64,000 bases of DNA from Pristiophorus japonicus (Eukaryota), in the NCBI RefSeq assembly GCF_044704955.1, contig NC_091992.1, positions 128,092,001 through 128,156,000 on the forward strand, read 5' to 3'. This document shows, in pieces, positions 47,205 to 61,812 of the stretch. Numbering within the stretch: position 1 is the first letter of the stretch; the number at the start of each line of letters is the position of its first letter. The notes beneath the pieces are model-generated. The model did no database searches. It had not been told where the DNA came from and saw nothing but the letters and a program-made list of their open reading frames with translations. Both the position numbers and the translations under genes were made by a program.

Positions 47205-48922
47205 TGCAGGAGTAGGCCATTCGACCCTTCGAACCTGCACCACCATTCGCTAAGATCATGGTTGATCATTCCCTCAGTATCCCTTTCCTGCGTTCTCTCC
47301 ATTACCCCTTGATCCCTTTAGCTGTAAGAACCTTATCTAACTCCCCCTTGAATATATCCAATGAACTGGCATCAACAACTCTCTGCTGTGGTGAATTCCA
47401 CAGGTTAACAACTCTCTGAGTGAAGAAGTTTCTCCTCATCTCAGTCCTAAATTTCTTAGCCCTTATCCTTAGACTATGTCCCCTGGTTCTAGACTTCCCC
47501 AACATCGGGAACATTCTTCCTGCATCTAACCTGTCCAGTCCCGTCAGAATTTTATATGTTTCTATGAGATCCCCTCTCATCCTTCTAAACTCCAATGAAT
47601 ACAGGCCCAGTCGATCCAGTCTCTCCTCATATGTCAGTCCTGCCATCCCGGGAATCAGTCTGGTGAACCTTTGCTGCACTCCCTCAATAGCAAGAACGTC
47701 CTTCCTCACATTAGGAGACCAAAACGGAACACGGTATTCCAGGTGAGGCCTCACTAAGGCCCTGTACAACTGCAGTAAGACCTCCCTACTCCTATACGCA
47801 AATCCCCTAGCTATGAAGACCAACATACCATTTGCCTTCTTCACTGCCTGCTGAACCTGCATGCCAACTTTCAATGACTGATGCACCATGACACCCAGGT
47901 CTTGCTGCACCTCCCCTTTTCCTAATCTGCCGCCATTCAGATAATATTCTGCCTTCATGTTTTTGCCACCAAAGTGGATAACCTCACATTTATCCACATT
48001 ACACTGCATCTGCCACGCATTTGCCCACTCACCTAACCTGTCCAAGTCACCCTGTAGCCTTTTAGCATCCTCCTCACAGCTCACACTGCCACCCAGCTTA
48101 GTGTCATCTTGGAGATATTACACTCAATTCTCTCATCCAAATCATTAATGTATATTGTAAATAGCTGGGGTCCCAGCACTGGGCCCTGCGGTACCCCACT
48201 AGTCACTGCCTGCCATTCTGAAAAGGACCCGTTTATCTCGACTCTGCTTCCTGTCTGCCAACCAGTTCTCTATCCACGTCAATACATTACCCCCAATACC
48301 ATGTGCTTTAATTTTGCACACCAATCTCTTGTGTGGGACCTTGTCAGAAGCCTTTTGAAAGTCCAAATACACCACATCCACTGGTTCTCCCTTGTCCACT
48401 CTACCAAATACATCCTCAAAAAATTATAGAAGATTTGTCAAGCAGGATTTCCCTTTCATAAATCCATACTGACTTGGGCCGATCCCGTCACTGCTTTCCA
48501 AATGCGCTGCTATTTCATCTTTAATAATTGATTCCAACATTTTCCCCACTACTGATGTCAGGCTAACCAGTCTATAATTACCCATTTTCTCTCTCCCTCC
48601 TTTCTTAAAAAGTGGTGTTACATTAGCTACCCTCCAGTCCAGAGGAACCGATCCCAGAGTCGATAGACTGTTGGAAAATGATCACCAATGCATCCACTAT
48701 TTCTAGGGCTACTTCCTTAAGTACTCTGGGATGCAGACTATTAGGCCCCGGGGATTTATCGGCCTACAATCCCATCAATTTCCCTAACACCATTTCCTGC
48801 CTAATAAGGATTTCCTTCAGTTCCTCCTTCTCACTAGACCCTCGGTCCCCTAGTATTTCCAGAAGGTTATTTGTGTCTTCCTTCATGAAGTCAGAACCAA
48901 AGTACTTGTTTAATTGGTCCAC
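47205..48922 (-). mobile_element. CR1 LINE 3' portion
   Basis: ORFs 47302..48084, 48199..48399 and 48764..48952; (CATAGAAA)n tail. Confidence 0.93.
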
Positions 48923-49179
48923 TGTCAAGCCCATGTGGTGGCTGGTGTGCAACTGTCACCATACGTTAAAAAAAAACCACGCACAGGCATCTTCCGCTCT
49001 TCAATATGTAGTTCGGGATCCGGAATATTAGGTCCTTCACTGAAACACCTGTGAGCTCATCCCTTTTTGGTGTGGAAGCTGGTCATCCTCAATACAAGGG
49101 ACTGCCTAATACTACTACTAATAATTAGGATGAGTTCACCTGTTCTGGGTGGGAAATCATGTGCTGCTGCACGGATTAT

Positions 49180-51102
49180 GGGCTCAAATTTCCTCAGGAG
49201 TTGCTCCGTTTTTTTTGGAGCAACTTGATTTTTCTGGAGTATCTTTTTAGATGCAATTTAGGCCATTTAATTTGCGCCAGTGTAAGTGAGTTAGTTCGGT
49301 TCTTTTTTAAGTTTTTTTTTCAAAAGGGGGCTTTACAGCCCTTTACACCTGTTTTGGCCATTTAAGCAAGGTTAGCCAGCTAAAAGTTACTCCAAACTAA
49401 TTTAGGCCAGCGTAAGTGGGCACTCTTGTACGTTCAGAAAAACCTTGCGGTGACTTAAGAAATCAGCACAGGCAACCAGAGATAGGCGGGGTGGGGGGAA
49501 GGGGACCTTGCAAAGCACTAAACACCTTCACAACAACATTAAAGAAGCATAAATACATTTAAAGCACCAAGCACTAAACAAAGCACAAAAAGTAATAAGC
49601 AATTAATTAACAAATAAAAGATAGAAGGAACCCTGCACCTAAAGCACCAAGACCAAAGTAATAAGCAATCAGAATGGCAGGCAGTGACTAGTGGGGTACC
49701 GCAAGGTTCTGTGCTGGGGCCCCAGCTGTTTACACTGTACATTAATGATTTAGATGAGGGGATTAAATGTAGTATCTCCAAATTTGCGGATGACACTAAG
49801 TTGGGTGGCAGTGTGAGCTGCGAGGAGGATGCTGTGAGGCTGCAGAGCGACTTGGATAGGTTAGGTGAGTGGGCAAATGCATGGCAGATGAAGTATAATG
49901 TGGATAAATGTGAGGTTATCCACTTTGGTGGTAAAAACAGAGAGACAGACTATTATCTGAATGGTGACAGATTAGGAAAAGGGGAGGTGCAAAGAGACCT
50001 GGGTGTCATGGTACATCAGTCATTGAAGGTTGGCATGCAGGTGCAGCAGGCGGTTAAGAAAGCAAATGGCATGTTGGCCTTCATAGCAAGGGGATTTGAG
50101 TACAGGGGCAGGGAGGTGTTGCTACAGTTGTACAGGGCCTTGGTGAGGCCACACCTGGAGTATTGTGTACAGTTTTGGTCTCCTAACCTGAGGAAGGACA
50201 TTCTTGCTATTGAGGGAGTGCAGCGAAGGTTCACCAGACTGATTCCCGGGATGGCGGGACTGACCTATCAAGAAAGACTGGATCAACTGGGCTTGTATTC
50301 ACTGGAGTTCAGAAGAATGAGAGGGGACCTCATAGAAACATTTAAAATTCTGACGGGGTTAGACAGGTTAGATGCAGGAAGAATGTTCCCAATGTTGGGG
50401 AAGTCCAGAACCAGAGGTCACAGTCTAAGGATAAGGGGTAAGCCATTTAGGACCGAGATGAGGAGGAACTTCTTCACCCAGAGAGTGGTGAACCTGTGGA
50501 CTTCTCTACCACAGAAAGTTGTTGAGGCCAATTCACTAAATATATTCAAAAAGGAGTTAGATGAGGTCCTTACTACTAGGGGGATCAAGGGGTATGGCGA
50601 GAAAGCAGGAATGGGGTACTGAAGTTGAATGTTCAGCCATGAACTCATTGAATGGCGGTGCAGGCTAGAAGGGCCGAATGGCCTACTCCTGCACCTATTT
50701 TCTATGTTTCTATTAATCAGTAAATAACAAATAACAAATAGAAGTCCTATCTTCGGGAACGCAGCGGGCCGCCGATGAGGGAGCCCATTCGGCCCGGGCT
50801 AGGGACGGCATGCTTCGGGCCCCTCCCACACAGCCTGCAGCGCGCACTCTCAGATTCAGCCTGCTAAGAGCTACTGCACATGCGCGCAGACTGTAGCGCG
50901 CATGTGCAGAGGTCCCGGCACTGTTTTCAGCACCGGGATCTGGCTCCGCCCCCAATCCACTGGACCACGCTACACCATCACCGAGGAGAGGCTGGGGAGC
51001 GGCCAGAATCGGGAGGAAGATTTTCGACGCACTTGGAGGCGGACAAAAGCGACACACCTCGGGTGAGGGCGCCAGAAAAAGGGGTTGGGGAAATTTGAGC
51101 CC
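49180..51102. mobile_element. Harbinger-type MITE with a nested CR1
   Basis: TIRs GGGCTCAAATTTCC / GGAAATTTGAGCCC and a TAT TSD (49177-49179, 51103-51105); body homologous to 8452-9295. Confidence 0.88.
49670..50712 (+). mobile_element. Young 5'-truncated CR1 with an uninterrupted 312-aa ORF2 C-terminus
   Basis: ORF 49684..50622 has no internal stops; tail TTCTATGTTTCTA; AATCAG occurs at both junctions. Confidence 0.93.
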
Positions 51103-51149
51103 TATATTTGGCCAAATTTGGTGGACAGCAAATTTCTAATTTAAAAAAA

Positions 51150-52460
51150 ATCATAGAATCATAGAAGTTTACATAAGAACATAAGAATTAGGAACAGGAG
51201 TAGCCCATCTAGCACCTCGAGCCGCTCCGCCATTCAAAAAGATCAAAAAGATTACAGCACGGAAGGAGGCCATTTCGGCCTATCGTGCCTATGCCGGCCA
51301 ACAAGAGAATATGCAGCCTAATCCCACTTTCCAGTTCTAGGTCCATAACCCTGCAGGTTACAGCACTTCAGCTGCACATCCAAGTACTTTTTAAATGTGG
51401 TGAGGGTTTTTGCCTTTACCACCCTTTCAGGCAGTGAGTTCCAGATCCCCACAACCCTCTGCGTGAAGACATTTCCCATCAAATCCCCTCTAAATCTTCT
51501 ACCAATTACTTTAAATTTATGCCCCCTGGTTGTTGACCCCTCTGTAAGGGAAATAGGCCCTTTCTATCCATTATATCTAGGCCCCTCATAACTTTATACA
51601 CCTCAATGAGGTGTCCCCTCAGCCTCCACTGTTTAAGGAAAACAAACCCAGCCTCTCCAATCTGTCCTCATAGCTAAGATGCTCCACTCCCGGCAACATC
51701 CTCGTAAATCTCCTCTATACCCTCTCCAGTGCAATCAAGTCCTTCCTGTAATGCGGTGACCAGAACTGCACGCAGTACTCCAGCGGTGGCCTAACCAGTG
51801 TTTTATACAGTTCAAACATAACCCCCCTGCTCTTATATTCTATGCCTCGCTTAATAAAGGCAAGCATTCCGTATGCCTTCTTAACCACCTTATCCACCTG
51901 GCCTGCTACCTTTAGGGATCTGTGGATGTGCTCTCCCAGGTCCCTTTGTTCCTCTACACTTTAGTGTCCTACCATTTAATGTATATTCCCTTTCCTTGTT
52001 AGCCCTCCCCAATTGCAATACCTCACACTTCTCCGGATTAAATTCCATTTGCCACTGTTCTGCCCACCTGACGAGTCCATTGATATCTTCCTGCAGTCCA
52101 CAGCTTTCTTCTTCGTTATCAACCACACAGCCGATTTTAGTATCATCTGCAAACTTCTTAATCATACCCCTATATTCAAGTCTAGATCATTGATGTATAT
52201 CACAAAAAGCAAGAGACCCAGCACTGAGCCCTGCAGAACCCCACTGGATACAGCCTTCCAGTCACAAAAACACCCATCAACCATTACCCTTTGCTTCCTG
52301 CCTCGGAGCCAATTTTGGATCCAACTTGCCACTTTGCCCTGGATCCCATGGGCTTTTACTGTCATGATCAGTCTGCCATGTGAGACCTATCGAAAGCTTT
52401 GCTAAAATCCATACAAACCACATCATATGCACTGCCCTCATCGACCCTCCTCGTTACCTC
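51150..52460 (-). mobile_element. CR1 LINE 3' portion, plus an extra nested tail fragment
   Basis: ORFs 52162..52365, 51890..52165 and 51715..51897. Confidence 0.88.
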
Positions 52461-55035
52461 TGGAAGGACTGCAACAGGGCAGAGAGAGCGCTCTCTTTAT
52501 GCGACATGGCCACAGAAATTCTTTTGGTTTCTGTGAAACTACTGCTATATTTTGTAGATTTCCGCTCGGAATGTGCAGATGCTATCATCAGCCTTTTAGC
52601 AATTAGTAAACAAAAATATTTTTATCTTAATGTTTAGTTATTACAGTATTTTTACATTGACGTTTTTAGATATGTATTTTACAAATTACATTGAAGCTTT
52701 TGAAATGCTTTATGAGAAATGTTGTTAAAATGTAATTTTTTAAATTATTTTATGCAATAATACAGCATATGGCTGCCTTGAAATGGTTCCTGAAATGAGA
52801 GGATATTGTACATTTCAATATACCCTGTATAGGGAACAGTACCTTTCTGGAGTATGTGACCACCTCTATATTACAGCAAGTGTGGCACATTAAATGATAA
52901 GGGGATAAGGGGTCGTGGGGAGTGGGCGGGGAAGTGGAGCTGAGTCCATGATCAGATCAGCCATGAGCGTATTGAATGGCGGAGCAGGCTCGAGGGGCCG
53001 TATTCCTGTTCCTATTTCTTATGTTCTTATAAGACCGGCATATAGATAATGCTCAGGGACTGGGGGCGCAAACAGGGGCTTCACCATATTTCAAATCATA
53101 TAGTTTATGGCTCCGAAATCCCTGGAGGTGTGCTCCATCAGCAGAACCTCTACCCACCCTAGCCCCAGGCCGCAGACCCTAGCCGAGATTCTCATCCACG
53201 ATCCCGCACAAAATCAGGCTTGATCACGTCAGAGAACGAGGGGCATTTATGACGGTAAAGTCTACAGCCGCCTCACCACCCAGCCTGGGACTTGCCACCC
53301 CAGCCCTGCCGGAACCACTTTCCTTCCCTGCCTGCTCCGTTCAAATGGCCTGAGTCCTCGGAGTTTTTTGTATCCCACCTGTCCCACTTACCGCTGATTC
53401 TCAGGCCACCATGTGGAAGGTGGCAGAGACCCAGGAAGCAGCAATTTCCCCAGTGGAGGGAGGGGGTCTTATCATAGAATCATAAAACCATAGGCCTAGA
53501 AATTGGGTGCATTTGTGCCTCCCGTTAGTGTCCCTTTGCGACCGGGTGCAGCGCTGACAACAACAGTTTAGCGGCCGCTCTATGGCATTGCGTCCCGGTC
53601 TCCTGCGCCCGGAGATTGTGACATCATCGCTGTGTGCATCACCCCGTTAGCATCCTGGACCCGAAATTCACTTTCGCCCCATGCAGCAGAGTCGGGTGAA
53701 AACACCGGCAGCTGCAGGAGGCGTGGATCAGGCTGGCCGCCCGGGACGGTGATTAAAGGCGAGATGGCTGATGCAAGTTAAAAAAAGGCTTACCTTTGCT
53801 GTTGATGTCTTCTTCCATTTTCTTTGCAGGGTCCTGCCTGTGATCATTCAGACCGGCACTCTGCATAAGTGCTGGGCTGACCGCGCAGGTCCACTGCTCC
53901 CTTGGTGGCCCAGGTCAGTGATTTTTTAATTGCTGATCCTGTAGCGGTGGCCCCTCCCTTTAAGGGAGGGAAGAGCCCTTTGAACACAACAGCACTGCAT
54001 GGCCCAGTGTGCATCGCTGCTGAGGTTTCTGACCCGCCTACTGCCCGTCAGCGCTCCAAGAAGAAAGTGGAGCACTCGATTTAGCACTTCACTTTCTTCC
54101 TGGAGCGCTAAAGCCAATTTTCCTCCTAACCCCAGATTAGAGGTTGCCTTTCCTTATTCATTTTGCAAAGCATTGCTATTTTAAAACTGTTACACAAAAT
54201 TGTTGTAATTCTCCTTATTCATGATGTGTAGCTTTGTATAAACAATAAAATATTATGTGTTCTACATCTTTTTTACTGATTACCTAAAACTATTTATTTG
54301 AGTCAATTTGTGTCTAAAACTTTCTACATCTGCATCTGTATCTGAACTTGCCAGACTTCCATTCCAACACCTGTATTTATGGAGCTACTAAAAACTATTT
54401 TTGGTCCCGTCTATTTTCGCTCTATTTTCCTTCCGAACTCTCGGGTATGTGCCATCCAGTCCTGATGACCTGCACTTTGTCACAAGGACTACAGAGGTTC
54501 AAGAAGGCAAAACGTGCATTCTTGCCCATGAAAAAAACAAAGATCCCTCTCTGTTTGTACATTAAATTCAGCAACAGTCATTTTTCCCCCTTTCGTCAGG
54601 TAAAACATCTCAAAGGAGTGAGGAAAATACAGAGCATGCTCAAAGATATCCCCTCATTCTTTCAAACTGATGTTAAAGTAGCAGAAACTAGCTTGGCTAT
54701 ATTACCTCCTCTCCATCCCCATTAGCCCTTAAAAATCCAAAATTCATATTATAAAAAAACTTTTGAAGGTAACCTCCACTGCTATTGTGCTCTAAAAACT
54801 TTAAATTGCCCTTAATCAAATAAGGCAGCAATCAAATAATACCGACTTTGAACAGGGAAAAATGAATGCAACAAGTGTACAGGATGGTAAATATATCCAG
54901 TAGAAAATGACAGTGCCCAACTGCCAGTGGTCAGGTTACTGACTGCACTATGTTCCTGGCATCCCTGTGAAGCACCATACAGCTTCAACCTTCTATCCCC
55001 ATCTTTGCTTCCTTGATCCCAAGAGGGTGATGCTA

Positions 55036-57323
55036 CATAAGAACATGAGAAATAGGAGTAGGCCATACGGCCCCTCGAGCTTGCTCCACCATTCAATAAG
55101 ATCATGGTAATCATCGGCCTCAACGCCACCTTCCAGCCCGATCCCCATATCCCTTGATTCCCCTAGACTCCAAAAATCTATCGATCTCAGCCTTGAATAT
55201 ATTCAGTGACTCAGAATCCACAGCCCTCTGGGGCAGAGAATTCCAAAGATTCACAACCCTCTGAGTGAAGAAATTCCTCTTCATCTCTGTCTTAAATGGC
55301 CGACCCCTTATCCTGAGACTGTGCCCCCTAGTTCTAGACACTCCAGCCAGGGGAAAACAACATGCCATTTGCCTTCCTTATTGCTTGCTGTACCTGCATG
55401 CTAGTTTTCTCTGTTCCTTGCACAAGGGACACCCAAATCTCTCGGAACACCAACATTTAAAAGTTTCTCACTACTTAAAAAAATTCTGTTTTTCTATTCT
55501 TCCTACCAAAGTGAATAACCTCACATTTCCCCACATTATACTCCATCTGCCACCTTGCTGCCCACTCACTCAGTCTATCTATATCCCTTTGCAGACGTTT
55601 TGTGTTCTCCTAACAACTTGCTTTCCCACCTAGCTTTGTATGGTCAGCAAACTTGGATACATTACACTCGGTCCCTTCAGCTAGGTCATTAATATAGAGT
55701 GTAAACAGCTGAGGCCCCAGCACTGATCCTTGCGGTACCCCATTAGTTATAGCCTGCCAACATGAAAAAGACCCGTTTATTCCTACTCTCTGTTTTCTGA
55801 CCGTTAACCAATCCTCTATCCATACTAATACATTACCTCCAATCCCATGATCCCTTATCTTGTGTAATAACCTTTTATGTGGCATCTTATCGACTGCCTT
55901 TTGGAAATCCAAATATACTACATCCACTGGTTCCCCTTTATCTACCCTGCTAGTTACATCCTCAAAAAACTCTAATAAATTTGTCAAACATGATTTCCCT
56001 TTCATAACACCATGTTGACTCTGTCTATTCATGTTATGATTTTCTAAGTGTCCTGATACTACTTTCTTAACAATAAATTCCAGCATTTTCCCGATGACTA
56101 ATGTCAGGCTAACTGGCCTGTAGTTCCCTGTTTTCTTTCCCTCCTTTCTTGAATAGCGGTGTCATATTTGCTACCTTCCAATCCGCTGGGACCGTTCTAG
56201 AATCTAGGAAATTTTAAAAGATCAAAACCAATGCTTCCACTATCTCTGCAGCCATCTCTTTTAGAACCCGAGGATGTAGGCCGTCGGGTCCGGGTGATTT
56301 GTCGGCTTTTAGTCCATTAGTTTCTCTCGTACTTTTTCTCTACTTATATTAATTACATTAAGTTCCTCACCCTCATTAGACTCTTGGTTCCTCACCATTT
56401 TAGATATGCGTTTTGTGTTTTCTACTGCGAAGACAGATACCAAATTGTTTAATGTTTCTGCCATTTCCTTACTCCACATAATAATTTCTCCTGCCTCAGC
56501 CTCTAAGGGACCAACGTTTACTTTTGCTACTCTCTTCCTTTTTACATACTTGTAGAAGCTCTTACAATCTGTTTTTATATTTCTTGCCAGTTTTCTCTCA
56601 TAGTCTCTTCCCTTTCATCAATGTTTTGGTCACCCTTTGCTGGTTTCTGAAACTCTCCCAATCCTCAAGCTTACTACTATTCTTCGCAACATTATAAGCT
56701 TCTTCTTTCAATCCAATGATTTCCTTAACTTCTTTAGTTAACCACGGGTGGATCACTTTTCCTGTGTAGATTTTGTTTCTCAATGGAATGCGTTTTTGTT
56801 GAGAATTCTGAAATATTTCTTTGAATGCTAGCCACAGCTTATCATACTCTTTAATCTATTTTTACAATCTATCTTAGCCAACTCGCACTTCATACCTATG
56901 TAATTGGCTTTTTTTAAGTTTAAGACTCTAGTTTCGGACTTAGGCATGTTACTTTCAAATGTGATGTGAAATTATATTGTATTATGATCATTCTGCCCCA
57001 GAGGATACTTTACTATGAGATTGCTAATCAACGTTGTCTTATTACACAATACAAGATCTAAAATAGCCTGTTCCCTGGTTGGTTCCATAACGTATTACTC
57101 TAGGAAACTGTCCCGAATGCATTCCATGAACTCTTCCTCCAGACGACCTTTGCCAATTTGATTTGTCCAGTCTATATGAAGATCAAAGTCCCCCACGATT
57201 ATTGTATTACTTTTGTTACAAGCTCCTGCTATTTCTTGATTAATATTCTGTGCAACGGTACAGCTACTATTGGGGGACCTATATACTTCTCCCACCAGTG
57301 TTTTCTGCCCCTTGTTATTCCTT
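55036..57323 (-). mobile_element. CR1 LINE, decayed; continues at 58080-58133 and 61674-61812
   Basis: ORFs 57095..57295, 56598..56783, 55610..56086 and 55120..55368. Confidence 0.9.
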
Positions 57324-58079
57324 GGGGCGGAAATTCAGGTGCACAAGAAAGTGGTACTTACCGCTGGGAGCTTCAATGCGGTCGGAAGAGCCATTTCCAG
57401 GACTTTGACATTTTTCATAGTCCCCCAGGAAATGGCTGGTAATGGGGGCGGGCCATAGACTTAAAGCCAGGCTGACTGGCTGAAAATCAGTCGGTCAATC
57501 AGTGGTAGAGTAATGGTGACGTCACAGCGTTAAAGGGGAGAGATTCTGTTATTTTACATCTTCGGCCACGGGGCCACCAGGGAGGGTTTCGGCCGGGCCA
57601 GCGGCCTGGCGTTCATGGGGGGGGTGCCAGGCTGCCCATTAGCGGCCCGGCCGAACCCGGGGGGGGGGGGGGGGCAGTAATTTGCCAGCCAATCGGGAAG
57701 TCGGCCGGCAAAAATGTTTACATCGCGGCCGCGGCAGTGGGCCCTCCCTTTTAAAAGCCGCCATGCTGCTGGGCCGCACTCACTCTGCAGAGGGTGCACC
57801 GACAGCAAAACCTGCCGGGGGCACCGTGCGGAGGGGGATCGACGGATGGAGCTGAATATCAGAAGGTAAGTATTTTTGTGCAATAAAATTGGTGCTGCAA
57901 CCCCTGATGACTCAGCGGTTATCAGAATCGAGCAGAATCGTATCTAGGCCGAAAAATCCCCGACCTGAATTTAGGTTGGATCGGCCCGTTGACCCCAAAG
58001 CGCCCGTCAATCCGTTTTTAAGAATGGCTGCTGCAAACGGGCATTAACAGGTCTCTTTGAGACCCTGAATTTCGGTCCC
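57324..58079. mobile_element. Harbinger-type MITE inserted in the CR1
   Basis: Imperfect TIRs GGGGCGGAAATTCAGG / CCTGAATTTCGGTCCC; CR1 sequence resumes on both sides. Confidence 0.72.
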
Positions 58080-58133
58080 TTCATCTCCACGCATTTTGAT
58101 TATATTTCCTGATCTTCTGTGCCAAGATCCACT

Positions 58134-61100
58134 AGGCTAGAATTTCCTCTCACATCGCCCATTTACCACCCAGGTACTGCCCATTTTCATGAAAAATGTG
58201 AAATACTGGCCGGTAACAGCCGTTACAGCTCCCGATTATCGGCGGCGTTAATTTGGGCCTACCATTTCCGCCGACGTTGCTGCAAATCGTCCGCCCACTT
58301 TGGAGATCCAGAAATGTCGGAAAATTCACTCCCAGCGCTAAATTCCATTAAAATGTTTTTTTTAAGGCCCACTACCACCCGTTATTGCTGCGCTGGAAAC
58401 CACCCATTTCTGAAGTACTTACCTGACTTCGGCCCAGCGTTATGCCTCCCTCCATTTTGTTTGCAGCTTGACAGTGGCCCAGAAGATCGTGGATAATGAA
58501 GAAAAGCTATTCTTGATGCAAATGTAATGACATGTGCTGTACATATTAACAGACATGTGAGATTTTGACAAGATGACCACCACTACAGTAGTTAAATGCT
58601 TCTATGCAGAAAATGAACTTTTGTATCTTTGAATGTGATTGGGAGAACCTTTTGTTCAGTCGGCTTTGAGCTGACATGTATGCTGAGTTTCTGCTATAAT
58701 TTGGTTCTGTGTTAGCTGATTGACACTTCGACTCTGTGGTGGACTGGAACATCACCTCACCAACGTGCAAACATTGTATCAGGAAGTCTATGAAGGATTG
58801 TGACCTCAAAAAGCATTGCAAATTATTGGACTGTGCAATATAAAAAAGTTATCATATTCAAAGGAGTATTCAAAAAGGCACTGAATTAACTCCCAGTACA
58901 GGATTAGAGAAAGGGTCTCACTGTCTTACACTGAGGGGGGAGTGGCTGTGTCCACGCAATGGGACCTCATTCAAGTCACTGTGTGTACATAACGACCTGG
59001 GGGGGAGGGAGAACAAAGTCAGTCACTGGGTGTACAAGAAGACCGGAGGGGGGGGGAGCAGGAGGAGAAGGGAGTCAGTCACTAGGTGTACATCCAAGTA
59101 ACCATTCAACTGTAGCAGGCATCACAACTGTAATGTATGCCCCTGTGAGAATGCTCACAGGTTGGTAGAGCTGTTGTATTGGGAGTGGCTTACCCAGTTA
59201 CATGATGTTCGCAAGACTCAAGAAAACCCCAGTCAGTTGGGTTTAGGTCATCCAAGATGAGGTATGAGTTTACAAGGGACACATGTAAAATTGTGTTTCC
59301 TAAAAGTTGTCAAAGTTGTAAAAGATCCCACTAACAATACCCCTGGCCCTGCCCACGTCGGGACCAGTAGGTCGTGCACCAGCACAGCTCCTCGAGCGTG
59401 TCTGCTGAGGGGGGGGGGGCGACAATAGCAGCACTATGTTTGGGGGTTTTGGAGAAGGTGGAGGTGCTAAGGATCCATCTTCAAAGTCGGAAGAAACTAC
59501 TCCCTCCCAACGATCAGGTGCTGTCACCATTGGTGGTATAGCACCTTGGGGTGCAGTGCCATATCCCACGACCGTCGATTGCAGCATTGCATTGGCGGTC
59601 CGCGTGTTCTCCCTCACCGCGGCAATCAGCTCCGCCATGTCCTCCGATTGACAGACGGCTAAAGCCGCGATGTTTTCGGACAGCCCAGCAATGGCCTGGA
59701 GGAGCTCTCGAATCAAGTCGATGCTCATCCTGGACAGTCCCACCAAGTCCAGCCTCACATCTGCCTGTCACGCAGCATTCCCACTTTGGTGGATCAGTCG
59801 CCATGGATTCACCACGGGGGTCGGTGTGTGCTATTGCAGTCCGCTTGGTCCCCCTTCCTCGGGCCGGAATCCAAGAAAGTTGGATTCCGACGAGGAACCG
59901 GTGGGCCACCAGTAGAAACGACCCTTGAAGTCCCGCCACCCCTCCCTCCTCATGCAACACCAGCATTACAACGCTTTGAGGAGTTCTCCTCCAGCTCCTC
60001 CAGCACCATGTCCTCCGTCTCCTCCACCACCGTCTCTTCATTTCATCTTCCCTGCAATGACTCCTCTCTGGGAGGGGCAGGCAGCTCCACCTGTGCAACT
60101 GTAAAAACAGAACATTAATGGGTGGCGACAGGGGAGGGGAGGGGTCAGAGGTAACATCAGAGCAATTCTTATGTGGAGGAAATTTTTTTTTTTTACTGAG
60201 AATCATTATATGAAAGTATCATAAGCAAAGTATAGAGAAAGTACATGACATAACAAAAGTTCAGTCTCAAACAGTTTGGTTTCCAAGTGGCAGAGGGTGA
60301 TCAATCAATAAATCATGTCACAACTAATAACATTTCTTGCTCCCAGCATTACATTACATTCTACATTATATTGTCATAAGATTGAATTACATGACCGCAG
60401 TTCAGTCCAGGGATTGTGCAGACTTACCCTCCGGGACCAACACACGTGGCGGTACGATCATATGCTCCCATTAGGGCTGCAGCGCGTTCCTCGAGGTCCG
60501 TCAGAGGAATGGTCTTCGATGGACCACTGCCCGTTTTGCGTAGCTCTGCCCTATTGCCGGCTAGTTTTTTCTGCAAAGGTGACAAAAAATATTTGTGAAC
60601 TAATTTGGCAGCTACCAATACCGAACACACACACACATACGTATATACATACATACATACACAATATATTGGTACACACCCCCAATTAACCATCCCCCAG
60701 TCTTTTCGTCAACGAGTGCACGATTTAAGTTTTGATAGCAGGCTCATGTTGCATGATGAACACATTAAAATGCAGAGGACTAACACAATGAGATCGCTGA
60801 TGGGAAATAAAAATGATACCAAGCTTTACAATATAATAAAACGTGGCACTACTTAAGAGCAAATCGTCAATGCGTGATAAAAGTTAGTACTTACTCTTGC
60901 AGACCCAACGATGTCTTTCCATCTTTTGCGGCCCCCGCATCACGGGCGCTACGGAGATCTCGCGCCATCACCACTGATACACGAACGGTGACGGTTTCCC
61001 TCGCCCACCCCGTGTTCACTGATTCCGACGGGCCTTCACTTCGCCCACCAATGACTCCTGGACTTCCTCTGAGAAACGAGTGGCCCTCTTCCTCCCACCC

Positions 61101-61673
61101 AACTCCCTCTCCACTTCCATGGCTTGATTCTCCTTTGTACTGATATTTATTCATATATATATATAAATAAATTTAATTGATTATTTATTTATTTATTATA
61201 TTTTTAAGGATTAATTATTATAATAATTATTAGTTATATTATTAATTATAGGATATAATTGTCAAGATACTAAATACTCCTCAAAAACCTGAAAAATCCT
61301 CACAGCTCCTCTCTCACTGACATCAATCAAGCTCTGCAGCTTGAAAATTTTCAGTGCTGTCCTTCTCTTCTCTGCGCATGTGCAGGGTCACCCTTGACCC
61401 CGAAATCGCGGGAGAATGGCCGCACATGCGCAGAGAAGCTTCTCCGGCTATTTTGGACAGAGGTTCTGCTTTCCTTTCTACAGCTAAGCTGATCACCGAC
61501 TTCAGTCCCAGTTCGGCTGCCTGCTCGACTCCACTATCGCAACGCTTCGCCGCCATCGAGGCTCCGAAAACCTCAGGAGCGTGCACCAGCGGTATTCCAG
61601 CGGTTAAAAAGACGCAAACGCAGGAATACCGCTAACGATCGGGCGGGGGCGATCCGGATGCAAATTCTAGCCC
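58134..61673 (-). mobile_element. Harbinger derivative with spliced Myb/SANT-partner gene exons and no recognisable transposase
   Basis: TIRs GGCTAGAATTT / AAATTCTAGCCC. Exon 60428-60570 (KKLAGNRAELRKTGSGP..LTDLEERAAALMG) has AG/GT ends. Coiled-coil ORF 59300..59758. Confidence 0.72.
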
Positions 61674-61812
61674 TTTCTCTCTACTGTCCTTATGTCATCC
61701 TTTATTATCAGGGCTAGCCCCCTCCTTTACCATTCTGATTGTCTTTTCAAAACGTCAAGTACCCTGGAACATTTAGTTCCCAACCGTGGTCACCTTGCAG
61801 CCACGTCTCTGT

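Noticed and set aside
47420-56086. Numerous 60-130 aa ORFs on both strands
   Set aside because: They are CR1 ORF2 fragments or their antisense shadows, not host genes.
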